Of a stretch of 64,000 bases of DNA, positions 1 through 9,800 are shown in pieces. The position numbers were made by a program, and so were the translations under genes. A model generated the notes under the pieces. It ran no database searches. It had not been told where the DNA came from and saw nothing but the letters and a program-made list of their open reading frames with translations. Each line of letters begins with the position of its first letter. Position 1 is the first letter of the stretch. This DNA comes from an uncultured delta proteobacterium (lineage in GTDB: Bacteria; Bdellovibrionota; FAC87; UBA2466): positions 2,848,001-2,912,000 of the forward strand of contig CAVZSV010000004.1 of NCBI GenBank assembly GCA_963778115.1, read 5' to 3'.

Positions 1-960
1 CCTCCCGCGATTGCGGTAGGAATGGTGGTGATGGGGGCAGGCATTCCACCCGGAACTACAGTAAGCGCCATTTCAGGAACGGCATTAACGCTTACCACTG
101 CGACCACTGCGGCCGGGACTTCACAGACCCTGACTTTTTCAATCCCCGTCTATCTTGCCGGGGGGCAGTCCGTCGCCACTAAATTCGGACGGAGTTGTGC
201 GGATATTCCCGGCACGGGTGTTACGGCGAATAATACTACCGATGTTAATTGTTGGGGGAGTGTCGTCCAACAAGCAAGTTCCACTTCGAGCGGCATCACC
301 ACCTATTCGTTACAAGATATCTCTTCGGCCGTAACCTTAGCGGCGCCGATAGTCGTATTTACCGGAGGAAGCTGGTCGGGAATTAAAAGTTTTGCGATAT
401 TCACCGGAGATCTCTGCGCGATAAACGGGACCCGAACGATTGTCTGCCTAGGAGAAACCTCCACGACACCGGTCCCTACGCCGACGGACTCGACTCCCGT
501 CACCGGCGGGCTTGTGGGCGGAGAGGACTTCGGCTGTTATATCGACGACTCTAATGAAGCCACGGTGAATTGCTTTACTCCTGGACCCAGCGCAAGTCCG
601 ACCTCATTATTCACCTCTCTTGCTTCTCCCGACGTCGGAGCTAGCTTTGATTTTCCCTATAATTTTGTTTATATGGACTCTGCCTACCAACACACTTGCG
701 CCATAGACAGCAACAATTCTTCGATCTGGTGTTGGGGAAGCGATTCGAATAGCCAGTTGGGAGACGGCACTACCAGTTCGGTTGTGACCATGAGTGAAGC
801 GACGACCGTTACGGGTATTACAGGGGCCGGAGCTGTTGCCACCGGTGGCGCTCATACCTGCACTATTCTTTTTAATCCCCGATCAACCACTCTCTACGGC
901 CCGGTTTATTGCTGGGGCGACAATTACTACGGCCAGTGTGGAAATGCTTCTGGTCTTTAG
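1..960 (+). CDS. RCC1-repeat-containing surface/secreted protein, C-terminal part (5' end outside window)
   Basis: Frame open from base 1; RCC1/BLIP-II-like motifs HTCAIDS..IWCWGSDSNSQLGDGT and AVATGGAHTC..VYCWGDNYYGQCG; Thr/Ser/Gly-rich. Confidence 0.8.
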   Translation, partial: PPAIAVGMVVMGAGIPPGTTVSAISGTALTLTTATTAAGTSQTLTFSIPVYLAGGQSVATKFGRSCADIPGTGVTANNTTDVNCWGSVVQQASSTSSGITTYSLQDISSAVTLAAPIVVFTGGSWSGIKSFAIFTGDLCAINGTRTIVCLGETSTTPVPTPTDSTPVTGGLVGGEDFGCYIDDSNEATVNCFTPGPSASPTSLFTSLASPDVGASFDFPYNFVYMDSAYQHTCAIDSNNSSIWCWGSDSNSQLGDGTTSSVVTMSEATTVTGITGAGAVATGGAHTCTILFNPRSTTLYGPVYCWGDNYYGQCGNASGL

Positions 961-1073
961 TCGTTCCGTCCGGTTATACCCAAAATCTAAATATAAATCC
1001 CATCGTGACCTCCTTATTGCTCCCACACTTTCGCCACGATCGTTTATTACCATGAAGGGATAAGGACAGGTGC

Positions 1074-1328
1074 TTGAAGCAGAGAAGTTTAAAACGGCTC
1101 CAGACATGGGCCTCCGATACCAGTAACGTTGCTCCGTGGGCTTTGCTTGTGATGTTTACCGCCGTTTTTCTGGCGAGCCATCACCATTCCGAAGAGCTAA
1201 GTAGAACCCGTCCAGCCGCCTCGTTCGCCTCCATGGCCGTAGTTCCCATGCACACGGTAAGACCCGTGGCGCCGGCACATCGCCGCACCGCCCATCATTC
1301 GCATCACAGACATTCAAAGCACAGGTAG
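1074..1328 (+). CDS. Small single-TM protein with His/Arg-rich tail
   Basis: TTG start after AGGACAGG; hydrophobic segment WALLVMFTAVFLA; tail HHSHHRHSKHR; fills the gap between neighbouring genes. Confidence 0.5.
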   Translation: MKQRSLKRLQTWASDTSNVAPWALLVMFTAVFLASHHHSEELSRTRPAASFASMAVVPMHTVRPVAPAHRRTAHHSHHRHSKHR

Positions 1329-1333
1329 GTTAG

Positions 1334-2731
1334 TTACGGATTTGCGGCTGCGACGACCACCGCGCAAACATTTTCCACCGCTCGAGCCAGCTTTATGACA
1401 TCGATGGGAGTTTTTCCCTTGGAAGAGAAAAAGTCATTTTGGACAGTCAGGCCGTAAGTCAGAAGAACATCAGGCGATAGTTTCTGAAGTGCAGTCCCTA
1501 ACGGATGGAACCTGTCCGTATTCACAAGGCCTGCTAGCTGGCCTGAATCGAGGCTCTTTATCTTCGCCCAGTCTTTATACGAGCTGTGTTCCCAATACCA
1601 GCGTAGCGCTTCGAGGAATTGCGCGGCACTGGCGATATCCAAATGTTTGTCCGATGGTACTTTGTCTAGATCAACGGGCTTTACCGTCACTGTCGGCGGC
1701 ATCATGAAAGCGCCTCCGCCATTTGGCTGTCCCCATTTTTCGGAAAGTTGCACCCGAGGAAATCCAAGACCATTATTGAAGGCGTGAAAGAAGCCAGCAT
1801 CTTTCGTCGTTACGCCGGAAGTGGAATTAACGCTGACCAGCTGGGAACCAGAGCGCATCACTAAGTCGTTCGTGGGGTATTCCAATCCTAAGAGTTGGTC
1901 ATGCCAGGGTAACTCATAGAGGTTGCCGAAAGTTCCCTTAGAAAAATCGATATAAAAAGCATACGGAACATAGGACGCCCAATTTTCCACACCGGTAACC
2001 CAAGCCCCACGCTCGTCGGCTACAACACCAGTCGCGGTGTCAAATACGACATTGGGTTGCTGAGCGTTTATTGTTTTAAGGTCGTAAGGAATGTACATCT
2101 GCAATCCGATGGAGGAGATGTTTCGGATTAGATGAAGACTATCTTCAAATAATATCACCACCGCATCGCTGCCAGCACGGCTAATGCTAATCACCTTTTT
2201 GTTTTGGGCTAGTAGGGGCGTGTGAGTAGGATTTCCTTTGAGGTAGAAATTAGCGCTGTTGCCGCCCGACATGACTCTTTCGATCTCGCCATTGGCGTAT
2301 AGACACAGCACGGACTGTTCATTCCAAGAAGACATGGCAACGATGGGTGAAGAGGCAGAATAGGGGACCCGACTGGAGCGATTGGGGCGTAAGAGCACCA
2401 AATTACCCCCTTCGAGCTTGGCCAGGCTCAATCCATTCCCTTTGATTAAGAGATACTGTCCGAGATCGTCGGTGGTATCGTCAAAAAAAGTGGGACCTGG
2501 CTGAGGAGCGTTGATTTTGGGAACCATGGGTTTATCTACGATCGAAGTCACATACTCAGACGAACGACCGTGATTCTTAGTGTTATAGTGCCGCTTGGCG
2601 TGGATTAAATAGCTCCCTATCGGCACGTCGGCCAGAGCTGCAGAAAAACACCACAAAAAGCCTAATCCTACCCCTAGGAATAAATGCTTCAAAACTCCTC
2701 CTATTGACCGTAACGCGGCCATTATTTCCAA
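1334..2731 (-). CDS. Secreted hypothetical protein, beta-rich, with C-terminal CAVVVAA motif
   Basis: 465-aa ORF; signal-peptide-like LFLGVGLGFLWCFSAALA; exact start uncertain. Confidence 0.7.
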   Translation of the reverse strand: MEIMAALRSIGGVLKHLFLGVGLGFLWCFSAALADVPIGSYLIHAKRHYNTKNHGRSSEYVTSIVDKPMVPKINAPQPGPTFFDDTTDDLGQYLLIKGNGLSLAKLEGGNLVLLRPNRSSRVPYSASSPIVAMSSWNEQSVLCLYANGEIERVMSGGNSANFYLKGNPTHTPLLAQNKKVISISRAGSDAVVILFEDSLHLIRNISSIGLQMYIPYDLKTINAQQPNVVFDTATGVVADERGAWVTGVENWASYVPYAFYIDFSKGTFGNLYELPWHDQLLGLEYPTNDLVMRSGSQLVSVNSTSGVTTKDAGFFHAFNNGLGFPRVQLSEKWGQPNGGGAFMMPPTVTVKPVDLDKVPSDKHLDIASAAQFLEALRWYWEHSSYKDWAKIKSLDSGQLAGLVNTDRFHPLGTALQKLSPDVLLTYGLTVQNDFFSSKGKTPIDVIKLARAVENVCAVVVAAANP

Positions 2732-2767
2732 ATTCTGCGCCGTGTCAATCGATAGGAAGAGAGGAAA

Positions 2768-3172
2768 TTAAAGAGGAACCCATTTGGTTACGATAGTCCC
2801 CAGAACATTTTCGAGCTCTTGGAGATCGGAAGGTTTTACATAATAATCGTCGGCATTTAACTCGCGACTTCGGCGAAGGTCACTCTCCAGCCGAGAGGAC
2901 GAGAAGATAAGAACCGGAATTGCTTTCCACCGCGGTTGAGTTTTTATCTCCTGAAGTACCTCAAGCCCGTCCATCAGCGGGAGGTTAAGGTCGAGCAAGA
3001 TAACAGCGGGAAGCGTGGATTTGCCCAAGTGCTCCAGCGCTACCGAACCATCGGTAGCGACCGAAACGAAAATTCGCGGCTCCAGCTGAGATAATATCTC
3101 CTTTACCATGGTGACATCCGAGGGATTGTCTTCGACATAAAGGAGTTCGATTTTTGCGCTTTCGCCAGCCAT
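2768..3172 (-). CDS. Single-domain response regulator (CheY-like, Rcp1 type)
   Basis: LLYVEDN, ILLDLNLPLMDG, IPVLIFSSS and YYVKP receiver motifs; AGGA RBS. Confidence 0.93.
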   Translation of the reverse strand: MAGESAKIELLYVEDNPSDVTMVKEILSQLEPRIFVSVATDGSVALEHLGKSTLPAVILLDLNLPLMDGLEVLQEIKTQPRWKAIPVLIFSSSRLESDLRRSRELNADDYYVKPSDLQELENVLGTIVTKWVPL

Positions 3173-3280
3173 TTAAATTCCTAATCCAACCTGTGAGGGA
3201 CCCGACGTCTTTTCGCTTCTTAACAGGAATTTATAACAACGGGAAGCTTTGATCGAATCGTTTTCTATCGAAAAACGTCA

Positions 3281-3829
3281 CTACTCAGCTCTCTCAATCG
3301 TGGCCGCCATATGCTCGTGTTTTCGTAGTTGAGGTAACAATTCCCGGATGAGCGAGGCTGTCGGCGTCCCTTGTAATTGCGTCTGTGCTTTCTCTAGACT
3401 TGCAATAGCTTCAGAGTGAGCGGTATCCATCCGTTGGACAAACGTACGATCGAAATTGGAACCCGTCGTCTTACGAAGCTCGGCTACCAGTGCTTCGCCG
3501 ACCTCTTTTTGGGCTTCTACGGCGTTGGGGGTAGTTTCATTTAGGTTGATTTTCTCTTGTTTCGCCAACTGTTTCACCTTCTCCTCAGCTTTCGAATGGT
3601 CCGTGACCAGCATTTCACCGTAGTTGCGGGTTGATGCCGAGTGCCCCTTATTTTGGGCTAAGTCTCCGGCCGCGATTTCAGTCAAATTGATTTGGTGGAT
3701 CCGGCGAAGCACATCTGCTTGCGATACGTCATCCGGAGAGAGATGGCCAAATACTCTAAGTGTTGCCAAACACATCGTAAGTGCGACTACCACTGGTAAG
3801 TTTAACGAAACAAATTTCATCATCCGCAT
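3281..3829 (-). CDS. DUF4142-family secreted ferritin-like protein
   Basis: EIAAGDLAQNKG..TRNYGEMLVTDH..FDRTFVQRMDTAH..LPQLRKHEHMA pattern; start moved to ATG 3829, preceded by AGGAG. Confidence 0.85.
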   Translation of the reverse strand: MRMMKFVSLNLPVVVALTMCLATLRVFGHLSPDDVSQADVLRRIHQINLTEIAAGDLAQNKGHSASTRNYGEMLVTDHSKAEEKVKQLAKQEKINLNETTPNAVEAQKEVGEALVAELRKTTGSNFDRTFVQRMDTAHSEAIASLEKAQTQLQGTPTASLIRELLPQLRKHEHMAATIERAE

Positions 3830-3952
3830 AAGCCACTCCTTTGTTTTCTCAGACGGGAAGACATAGATGCAACTTTCGTGCGCAGGCGAGAGGGAACGGT
3901 CGGTATTGCACGAGCGAGGATCCATTTAAGTCCTTATTACGAGCACTTATAA

Positions 3953-3988
3953 ATATCAGTCGATTTGTATATAAATATAAGTTAATAT
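3953..3988 (+). promoter_or_regulatory. Two overlapping SahR-like 20-bp operator boxes over the sahR promoter
   Basis: ATATCAGTCGATTTGTATAT (3953-3972) and ATATAAATATAAGTTAATAT (3969-3988) resemble the ATAT(C/A)AAG-N4-CTT(G/T)ATAT SahR palindrome as I recall it. Confidence 0.55.
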
Positions 3989-3994
3989 AGATTT

Positions 3995-5008
3995 ATGACC
4001 TTAAACGCAGAGAAAAAGCGAGCCATCAACGAGCAGGTCTCGGATCTTCCCATCAAGCGGTCCTTAGTATCACTATGCAAAGCAGCGGCCGATCCGCTGC
4101 GCGTCGATATTATTCGTGTATTGAGTCAGGAGTCGTTCGGGGTTCAGGAACTTGCCAGCATCTTGAATATTCCTCAGCCGCTCATGAGCCACCATTTGAA
4201 GGTGCTTTCTACGATTGGCCTGTTGGCGACTCGGCGCCAAGGAAACTCCATTTTTTATCGGCGATCGCTTGCCAAAAACGATAACGAGTTGGATGCGTTT
4301 CAAACCACTCTATACGCTACGATAGACGCCGTTCCTTTGAGCGAAGAGTACCTAAGAAAGATAAGTACCGTCTACAAAGAACGATCTAATCAGTCGAAAC
4401 AATTTTTTGATCGCAATGCCGATCGTTTTCATGAAAAGCAGGGAATGCTTTGCGAAGTCAGTCAGTATCTTCCCAACCTAAAGGAGCTTCTGGATCTACT
4501 TTCCATACAGAAAAGTAGTCGTGTTATGGAAGTGGGGCCAGGGCATGGCGAATTGCTCGATGAGTTGTCCAGGCGTGCTGCAAAAGTCGTGGCTCTCGAT
4601 AACTCACCAGAGATGTTGACTCTCACGCAGGGAAAACTGAAGGGGAAGCCCGCAAAAATTGAGTTTGTGAATTCCTCGCTCGAGGCTTATCCTGCCGCTT
4701 CCCCGTTGTTTGATGTGGTAGTTCTCAATATGGTGATGCATCACATGCCGTCTCCGGCGCGTGCTTTTCATAAATTGGGGCAGTTGGTGCGTAAGGGGGG
4801 AAGTGTCATTGTCGCCGAACTTTGTTCTCACGATCAGGACTGGGTGAAGGAATCTTGCGGGGATGTTTGGCTTGGATTCGAGCCACAAGATCTTACGGAT
4901 TGGGCAAGGAAAGCGGGATTCAAAGAACGTCAAAGTTCCTATTTAGGTTTAAAAAATGGATTTCAAATTCAACTGAAACTCTTTTCTAAGGAGAAAGATA
5001 ATGGATAA
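3995..5008 (+). CDS. sahR: ArsR-HTH + SAM-binding methyltransferase-domain regulator (SahR)
   Basis: N-terminal ArsR HTH ([29 protein letters not shown]); C-terminal class I MTase ([21 protein letters not shown]); directly upstream of ahcY. Confidence 0.88.
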   Translation: MTLNAEKKRAINEQVSDLPIKRSLVSLCKAAADPLRVDIIRVLSQESFGVQELASILNIPQPLMSHHLKVLSTIGLLATRRQGNSIFYRRSLAKNDNELDAFQTTLYATIDAVPLSEEYLRKISTVYKERSNQSKQFFDRNADRFHEKQGMLCEVSQYLPNLKELLDLLSIQKSSRVMEVGPGHGELLDELSRRAAKVVALDNSPEMLTLTQGKLKGKPAKIEFVNSSLEAYPAASPLFDVVVLNMVMHHMPSPARAFHKLGQLVRKGGSVIVAELCSHDQDWVKESCGDVWLGFEPQDLTDWARKAGFKERQSSYLGLKNGFQIQLKLFSKEKDNG

Positions 5009-6368
5009 CCAAAAACACGATTACAAAGTAGCCGACATCAATTTGGCGGCATTCGGCCGACGCGAAATTAAATTAGCCGAGCGAGAGATGCCGGCCCTCA
5101 TGGGGCTTCGAAAGAAGCACGGAGCCACCAAACCTCTAAAGGGCGCGAAGATCATCGGATGCATCCACATGACGATTCAAACGGCGGTTCTCATCGAAAC
5201 GTTAGTGGAACTTGGAGCCGACGTGCGTTGGTCGTCCTGTAACATTTTTTCGACTCAAGACCATGCGGCAGCGGCAATCGCGGCTGCAGGAGTTGCCGTC
5301 TATGCATGGAAGGGGCAAACCAACGAAGAAGGTATGTGGTGCATCGAGCAGACCATTCTAAAAGGCGGTAAGCCTTGGGATGCGAATATGTTGCTAGATG
5401 ACGGCGGGGATCTTACGGAAATGGTCCATAACAAATACCCTCAAATGTTAAATCACATTCACGGCATCACCGAGGAGACCACCACGGGAGTCCATCGTTT
5501 GATGGAGATGCTGGAAAAAGGGGAGCTCAAAGTTCCTTGCATCAATGTGAATGACTCCGTTACTAAATCCAAGAACGACAACAAGTACGGATGTCGCCAT
5601 AGTTTGAACGACGCTATTAAACGCGGAACGGATATTTTGCTTGCGGGGAAAAAAGCTTTGGTCGTGGGCTATGGAGATGTCGGAAAGGGTTCCGCTCAGA
5701 GCCTTCGCCAAGAGGGAATGATTGTAAAGATCTCTGAAATCGATCCCATTTGCGCCATGCAGGCGTGCATGGATGGCTATGAAGTGGTCTCTCCTTACAA
5801 GAACGGCGTCAATACGGGGACGGAAGAGGGGGTTGATAGAGCTCTGATGGCGTCTCTCGATCTGGTGGTCACTTCGACGGGTAACGTCGCGGTCTGCGAT
5901 AAGTTCATGCTGACCCATTTGAAATCCGGGGCTGTCGTTTGCAATATCGGACATTTTGACAGCGAGATCGACACCAAATTCCTTCGCGAGAAATTCGAGT
6001 GGGAGGAGATTAAACCCCAAGTTCACAAAATTCACCGCAACCCCAAAGACGAGAATGATTTTCTCATTCTGCTCTCTGAAGGGCGATTAGTGAATTTGGG
6101 AAATGCGACCGGTCACCCCTCGCGCGTCATGGACGGTTCGTTCACCAATCAGGTGCTAGCCCAAATGCATCTTTACTCGGCTCGTTGGGCCGATAAGAAG
6201 ACCGAACCTGTTTTTGTGAAGGTCCTTCCCAAAAAGTTGGATGAAGAGGTGGCCCGCAATATGGTTCACGGATTTGGGGGAGTCATCACCCAACTTACCG
6301 CGGAGCAGGCGAAGTATATCAACGTAAAGGTCGATGGCCCTTACAAGTTGAACGACTATAAGTATTAA
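5001..6368 (+). CDS. ahcY: S-adenosylhomocysteine hydrolase
   Basis: [68 protein letters not shown]. Confidence 0.99.
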   Translation: MDNQKHDYKVADINLAAFGRREIKLAEREMPALMGLRKKHGATKPLKGAKIIGCIHMTIQTAVLIETLVELGADVRWSSCNIFSTQDHAAAAIAAAGVAVYAWKGQTNEEGMWCIEQTILKGGKPWDANMLLDDGGDLTEMVHNKYPQMLNHIHGITEETTTGVHRLMEMLEKGELKVPCINVNDSVTKSKNDNKYGCRHSLNDAIKRGTDILLAGKKALVVGYGDVGKGSAQSLRQEGMIVKISEIDPICAMQACMDGYEVVSPYKNGVNTGTEEGVDRALMASLDLVVTSTGNVAVCDKFMLTHLKSGAVVCNIGHFDSEIDTKFLREKFEWEEIKPQVHKIHRNPKDENDFLILLSEGRLVNLGNATGHPSRVMDGSFTNQVLAQMHLYSARWADKKTEPVFVKVLPKKLDEEVARNMVHGFGGVITQLTAEQAKYINVKVDGPYKLNDYKY

Positions 6369-6369
6369 G

Positions 6370-6418
6370 ATTTAAGGACTGCCACGTCGACCCGGTTATC
6401 GACGTGGCAGTCTTAAAT
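6370..6418 (+). terminator. Stem-loop after ahcY
   Basis: 14-bp perfect stem GACTGCCACGTCGA (6377-6390) / TCGACGTGGCAGTC (6399-6412) with AT-rich flanks. Confidence 0.75.
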
Positions 6419-6629
6419 AACCTGGAAAGACCGCGGCTAAGGCACATCGTGTTAATTATGAAATTAAACGCTCCAACTCCTTGATTTCCCATCGGTAACC
6501 CAACACGCCATCCTAAAAATAATTCGAACCCTGATAAAATGTATGCAGCGGTGCGTAAGTTGATACTCTAAGTTTTTCCTCGTTACGCCACCAGCCTAAA
6601 AGTATTCGCCCTATATTTAAGGAGAGATC

Positions 6630-6833
6630 GTGGGACGTAAGCTGACATCGATACTGCTCTTGTTATGCCTTCTTTCGTTGTCTGCATGCTTGGAGCAAAA
6701 TAGCTCCTCTTCGACATTGCCCCCTGTCACTTCTGGTAATGCAACGACAGCTCCCAACGATGAACCGCCCGTGGGCTCATTAGACACGTCGTCGAATCCT
6801 CTTATTAATTATGTGGGCAAAGCGAACGAATGA
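6630..6833 (+). CDS. Small lipoprotein
   Basis: AGGAGA RBS, GTG start, lipobox LSAC, Ser/Thr/Pro-rich; ATGA overlap with next gene. Confidence 0.7.
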   Translation: MGRKLTSILLLLCLLSLSACLEQNSSSSTLPPVTSGNATTAPNDEPPVGSLDTSSNPLINYVGKANE

Positions 6834-9800
6834 GGCAACCAGGAATGAATCGATTCAAATACATTTCATTCATTCTGATTATAGCGGCACTGGGCGGAAT
6901 TTTTATTTCGGCCTTTGCTTACGCCGAAACTCAAACTTCAGTGAATTTAACGATCCCAGAACTTTTTACCGGCAATAGCGGGGCATTTAACTCCGCTTCG
7001 CAAACCGGTCCAGTTGCGGATACTTCAGGAAACGCAACCTACAACTACAACGGTACCATGAGTTTTGTCATGACGGCGGCGAGCGGCCGTTACTCCGGTG
7101 ACGTCGGAAATACTTATTACGGCATTGCCATGGGGCCCTATCAAGTCTTCCGAAGTTTTCTAACCCAAAATTATTTCACCGTGGGTTCTTCTTCCACGGA
7201 GTGCCCGTCTACCACGACCTATAACTATATGAATTTCAGAGTGCGCACCAAAGACGCACCCCGAAGTTCCATGAATGCGGAAAATACAGGGCCCACGATC
7301 AATACGGGTTTTATTGCCGGTGGGACTTTAACTTACAATCCCTCCATCGCTAATGTTGCTGTCGTTAATACCACGTTCGATCTCGGGGGAACCGTGTCGG
7401 GTGCTGCCCCCAATGTAACGCTTTCTCCGAACTCGAATTACGGCCTAATTAACAGTACCGAGTGTTCTAATGGCCAACTCAACGTACTAGCCACTTCAAG
7501 CACGACTAACTACGTGCTCGATCAGTACGGCACTTTCTATTTCGGTGACGATAGCTTTATGTACTTTTCCGGTGACGGAAATCCCTTAGTTTCTTTAGGA
7601 GTTCCGGCGCAGACGTTAACCACGGCTTCCATGTCGGCACTCACGAACCAGGTATTCAGCGGACTTTATACCGACTACTTAAATGACGGCTCGAACTCGA
7701 CAGTGGCTGCCCAGACTCAACAAAATGTCTTTCTCGTTCCTGTCTCCGGGGGAACTACGTTCACCATTAACACCTCGAACAGTTTGACTAACCCTAGCAG
7801 CTATACCAACTACGGCTCGATCTCCTGCACTACCATCAATTCTCCTTCCGCGGGCTATTGTTCTGGAACGATTAGTTTGGTAAGCGCGCCCGGACATTAT
7901 GGAAATGCGGTGTGCATGCTGTCGACGGCAACACCCGATTCAATGCTGACTTGTATTGCTCAAGACCCGGCGGATAACACTCGACCCATCACTATTATCT
8001 CTCACGTTCCCGCCAAGGCCCTGCTCTCGGTCTCGGTTCCTGCCGCCGCGGCTTCCGTGACAGGACCCAGTGGCTCCACGACTATTACGGCGACTCTTCA
8101 AAACATGACGGGACAAGCCATCACAGGACTAAGCAATCCGTCGTCAGGTACCTTAGATCTCGCGGCACCCTTCTCCGATACCGGAGCCTTCGCGGGAACG
8201 GGCGGGACATGCGGAACCACACTCGCGGGCTATGCTAGTTGCACGGTAACCATCACCTTCGCCCCCACGGCAGTGGGAACGTACTCTCAAGTCTTTCGCG
8301 TGGCTTACAACGACAACTATTTTGGAGTGGTAAATGCCACCGCCACGATCGTGGGCGTTTCGGGGCTCTCATCGATTGCGCTAACGCCCACCACGTCATC
8401 GTTTGCCGCGGGAACTTCAGTGCAGTACACCGCGACTGCGACTTATTCAGATAACTCAACCCAAAACGTGACCTCGGCGGTTCAATGGTCGGTGAGCGGA
8501 ACGGATGCGACGGTAAATGCTACTGGCACGGTCTCCTTTACCACGAATGGAAGTACGACGATAACGGCTGGACTTGGTCCGACGATAACAGGAACGCAAT
8601 CGGTAACGGAAAGCGGAGGTTCGATTCAGGATTTAGGGCAATCCACCCCCACGGGACTCGACGCCGCGACTTATGGATTGAATGCCCCGGGTTATGGAAG
8701 AATTCAATCAGGTCAATTTTTTGCTTCAGACACTTCAAACAATCGAGTTCTCATTTATAACAGTACCCCCACGAGTAACGAGCAACAGCCCGACCTCGTA
8801 GAGGGGCAACAAGACTTCAACGATCACAACGTTAATAGCGGGCTCAGCTCCCCCACGGCCCTTACGATGAGTGGCCCCTCGGGAGTTGATACGGATGGAA
8901 CCTATCTCGTTGTGGCCGATTCCGGAAATAACCGGGTATTGATTTGGAATTCGATTCCTAGCGACAACGACGTGGCCCCCGACGTTGTTCTCGGACAGAC
9001 CGGTTTTACTTATTCCTCTCCGAATCAAGGCTTAGGCACCGCGAACGGCACTACTTTGAGTAATCCAACCGGCGTCGCTATATCCGGCGGAGTTTTGTAT
9101 GTTTCTGACACAGGAAACAATCGGGTTCTCGTATGGACAACTATTCCCACTTCCTACGCTCAGACGGCCAATTTTGTATTGGGACAACCTGATACCCTTT
9201 CCTCCACGGCAAATAATGGAGGAATTAGTGGCACCAGTTTGAGTTCGCCGCAAGGGCTGCAAGTTCAGAACACCGATCTTCTGGTGGCGGATACCGGCAA
9301 CAACCGAGTTCTAGTCTGGACGACGCTTCCGACGGTAAGTACTACTAGTGCGAACTTCGCTCTGGGACAGCCAAGTACTACAACCGCAACCGCGAATAAT
9401 CCGGGAAAAAACGGTAAGGGAATGAATGGCCCCACCGACGTAGATACCGATGGAACTCGTGTTTATGTCGCCGATTACGGAAATAATCGTATCTTAGAGT
9501 GGTCAAGTTTCCCGTCCAGTTCCGGACAGACCGCCAACTATGCTTTGGGACAAACCAGTACCACGGCGGCTACCGCAAATAACGGAGGTATTTCGGCCCA
9601 GTCGTTAAGCGGTCCTCACGGAGTTGCCACCGATGGGACCAACGTGATTGCGGCAGACCTTGGAAATAATCGTCTGTTGCTGTGGACATCGGTTCCGGCC
9701 GCGAGCCACACGACCGCCAATATCGAGCTTGGACAGCCGAATATGACCTCCTCGACGGCAAATAATCAGGGGACACCCACAATTTCAAATATGGACTTGC

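Noticed and set aside
6630..6845. Frameshifted single gene joining the lipoprotein and the giant protein
   Set aside because: The second ORF has its own signal peptide and a standard ATGA overlap
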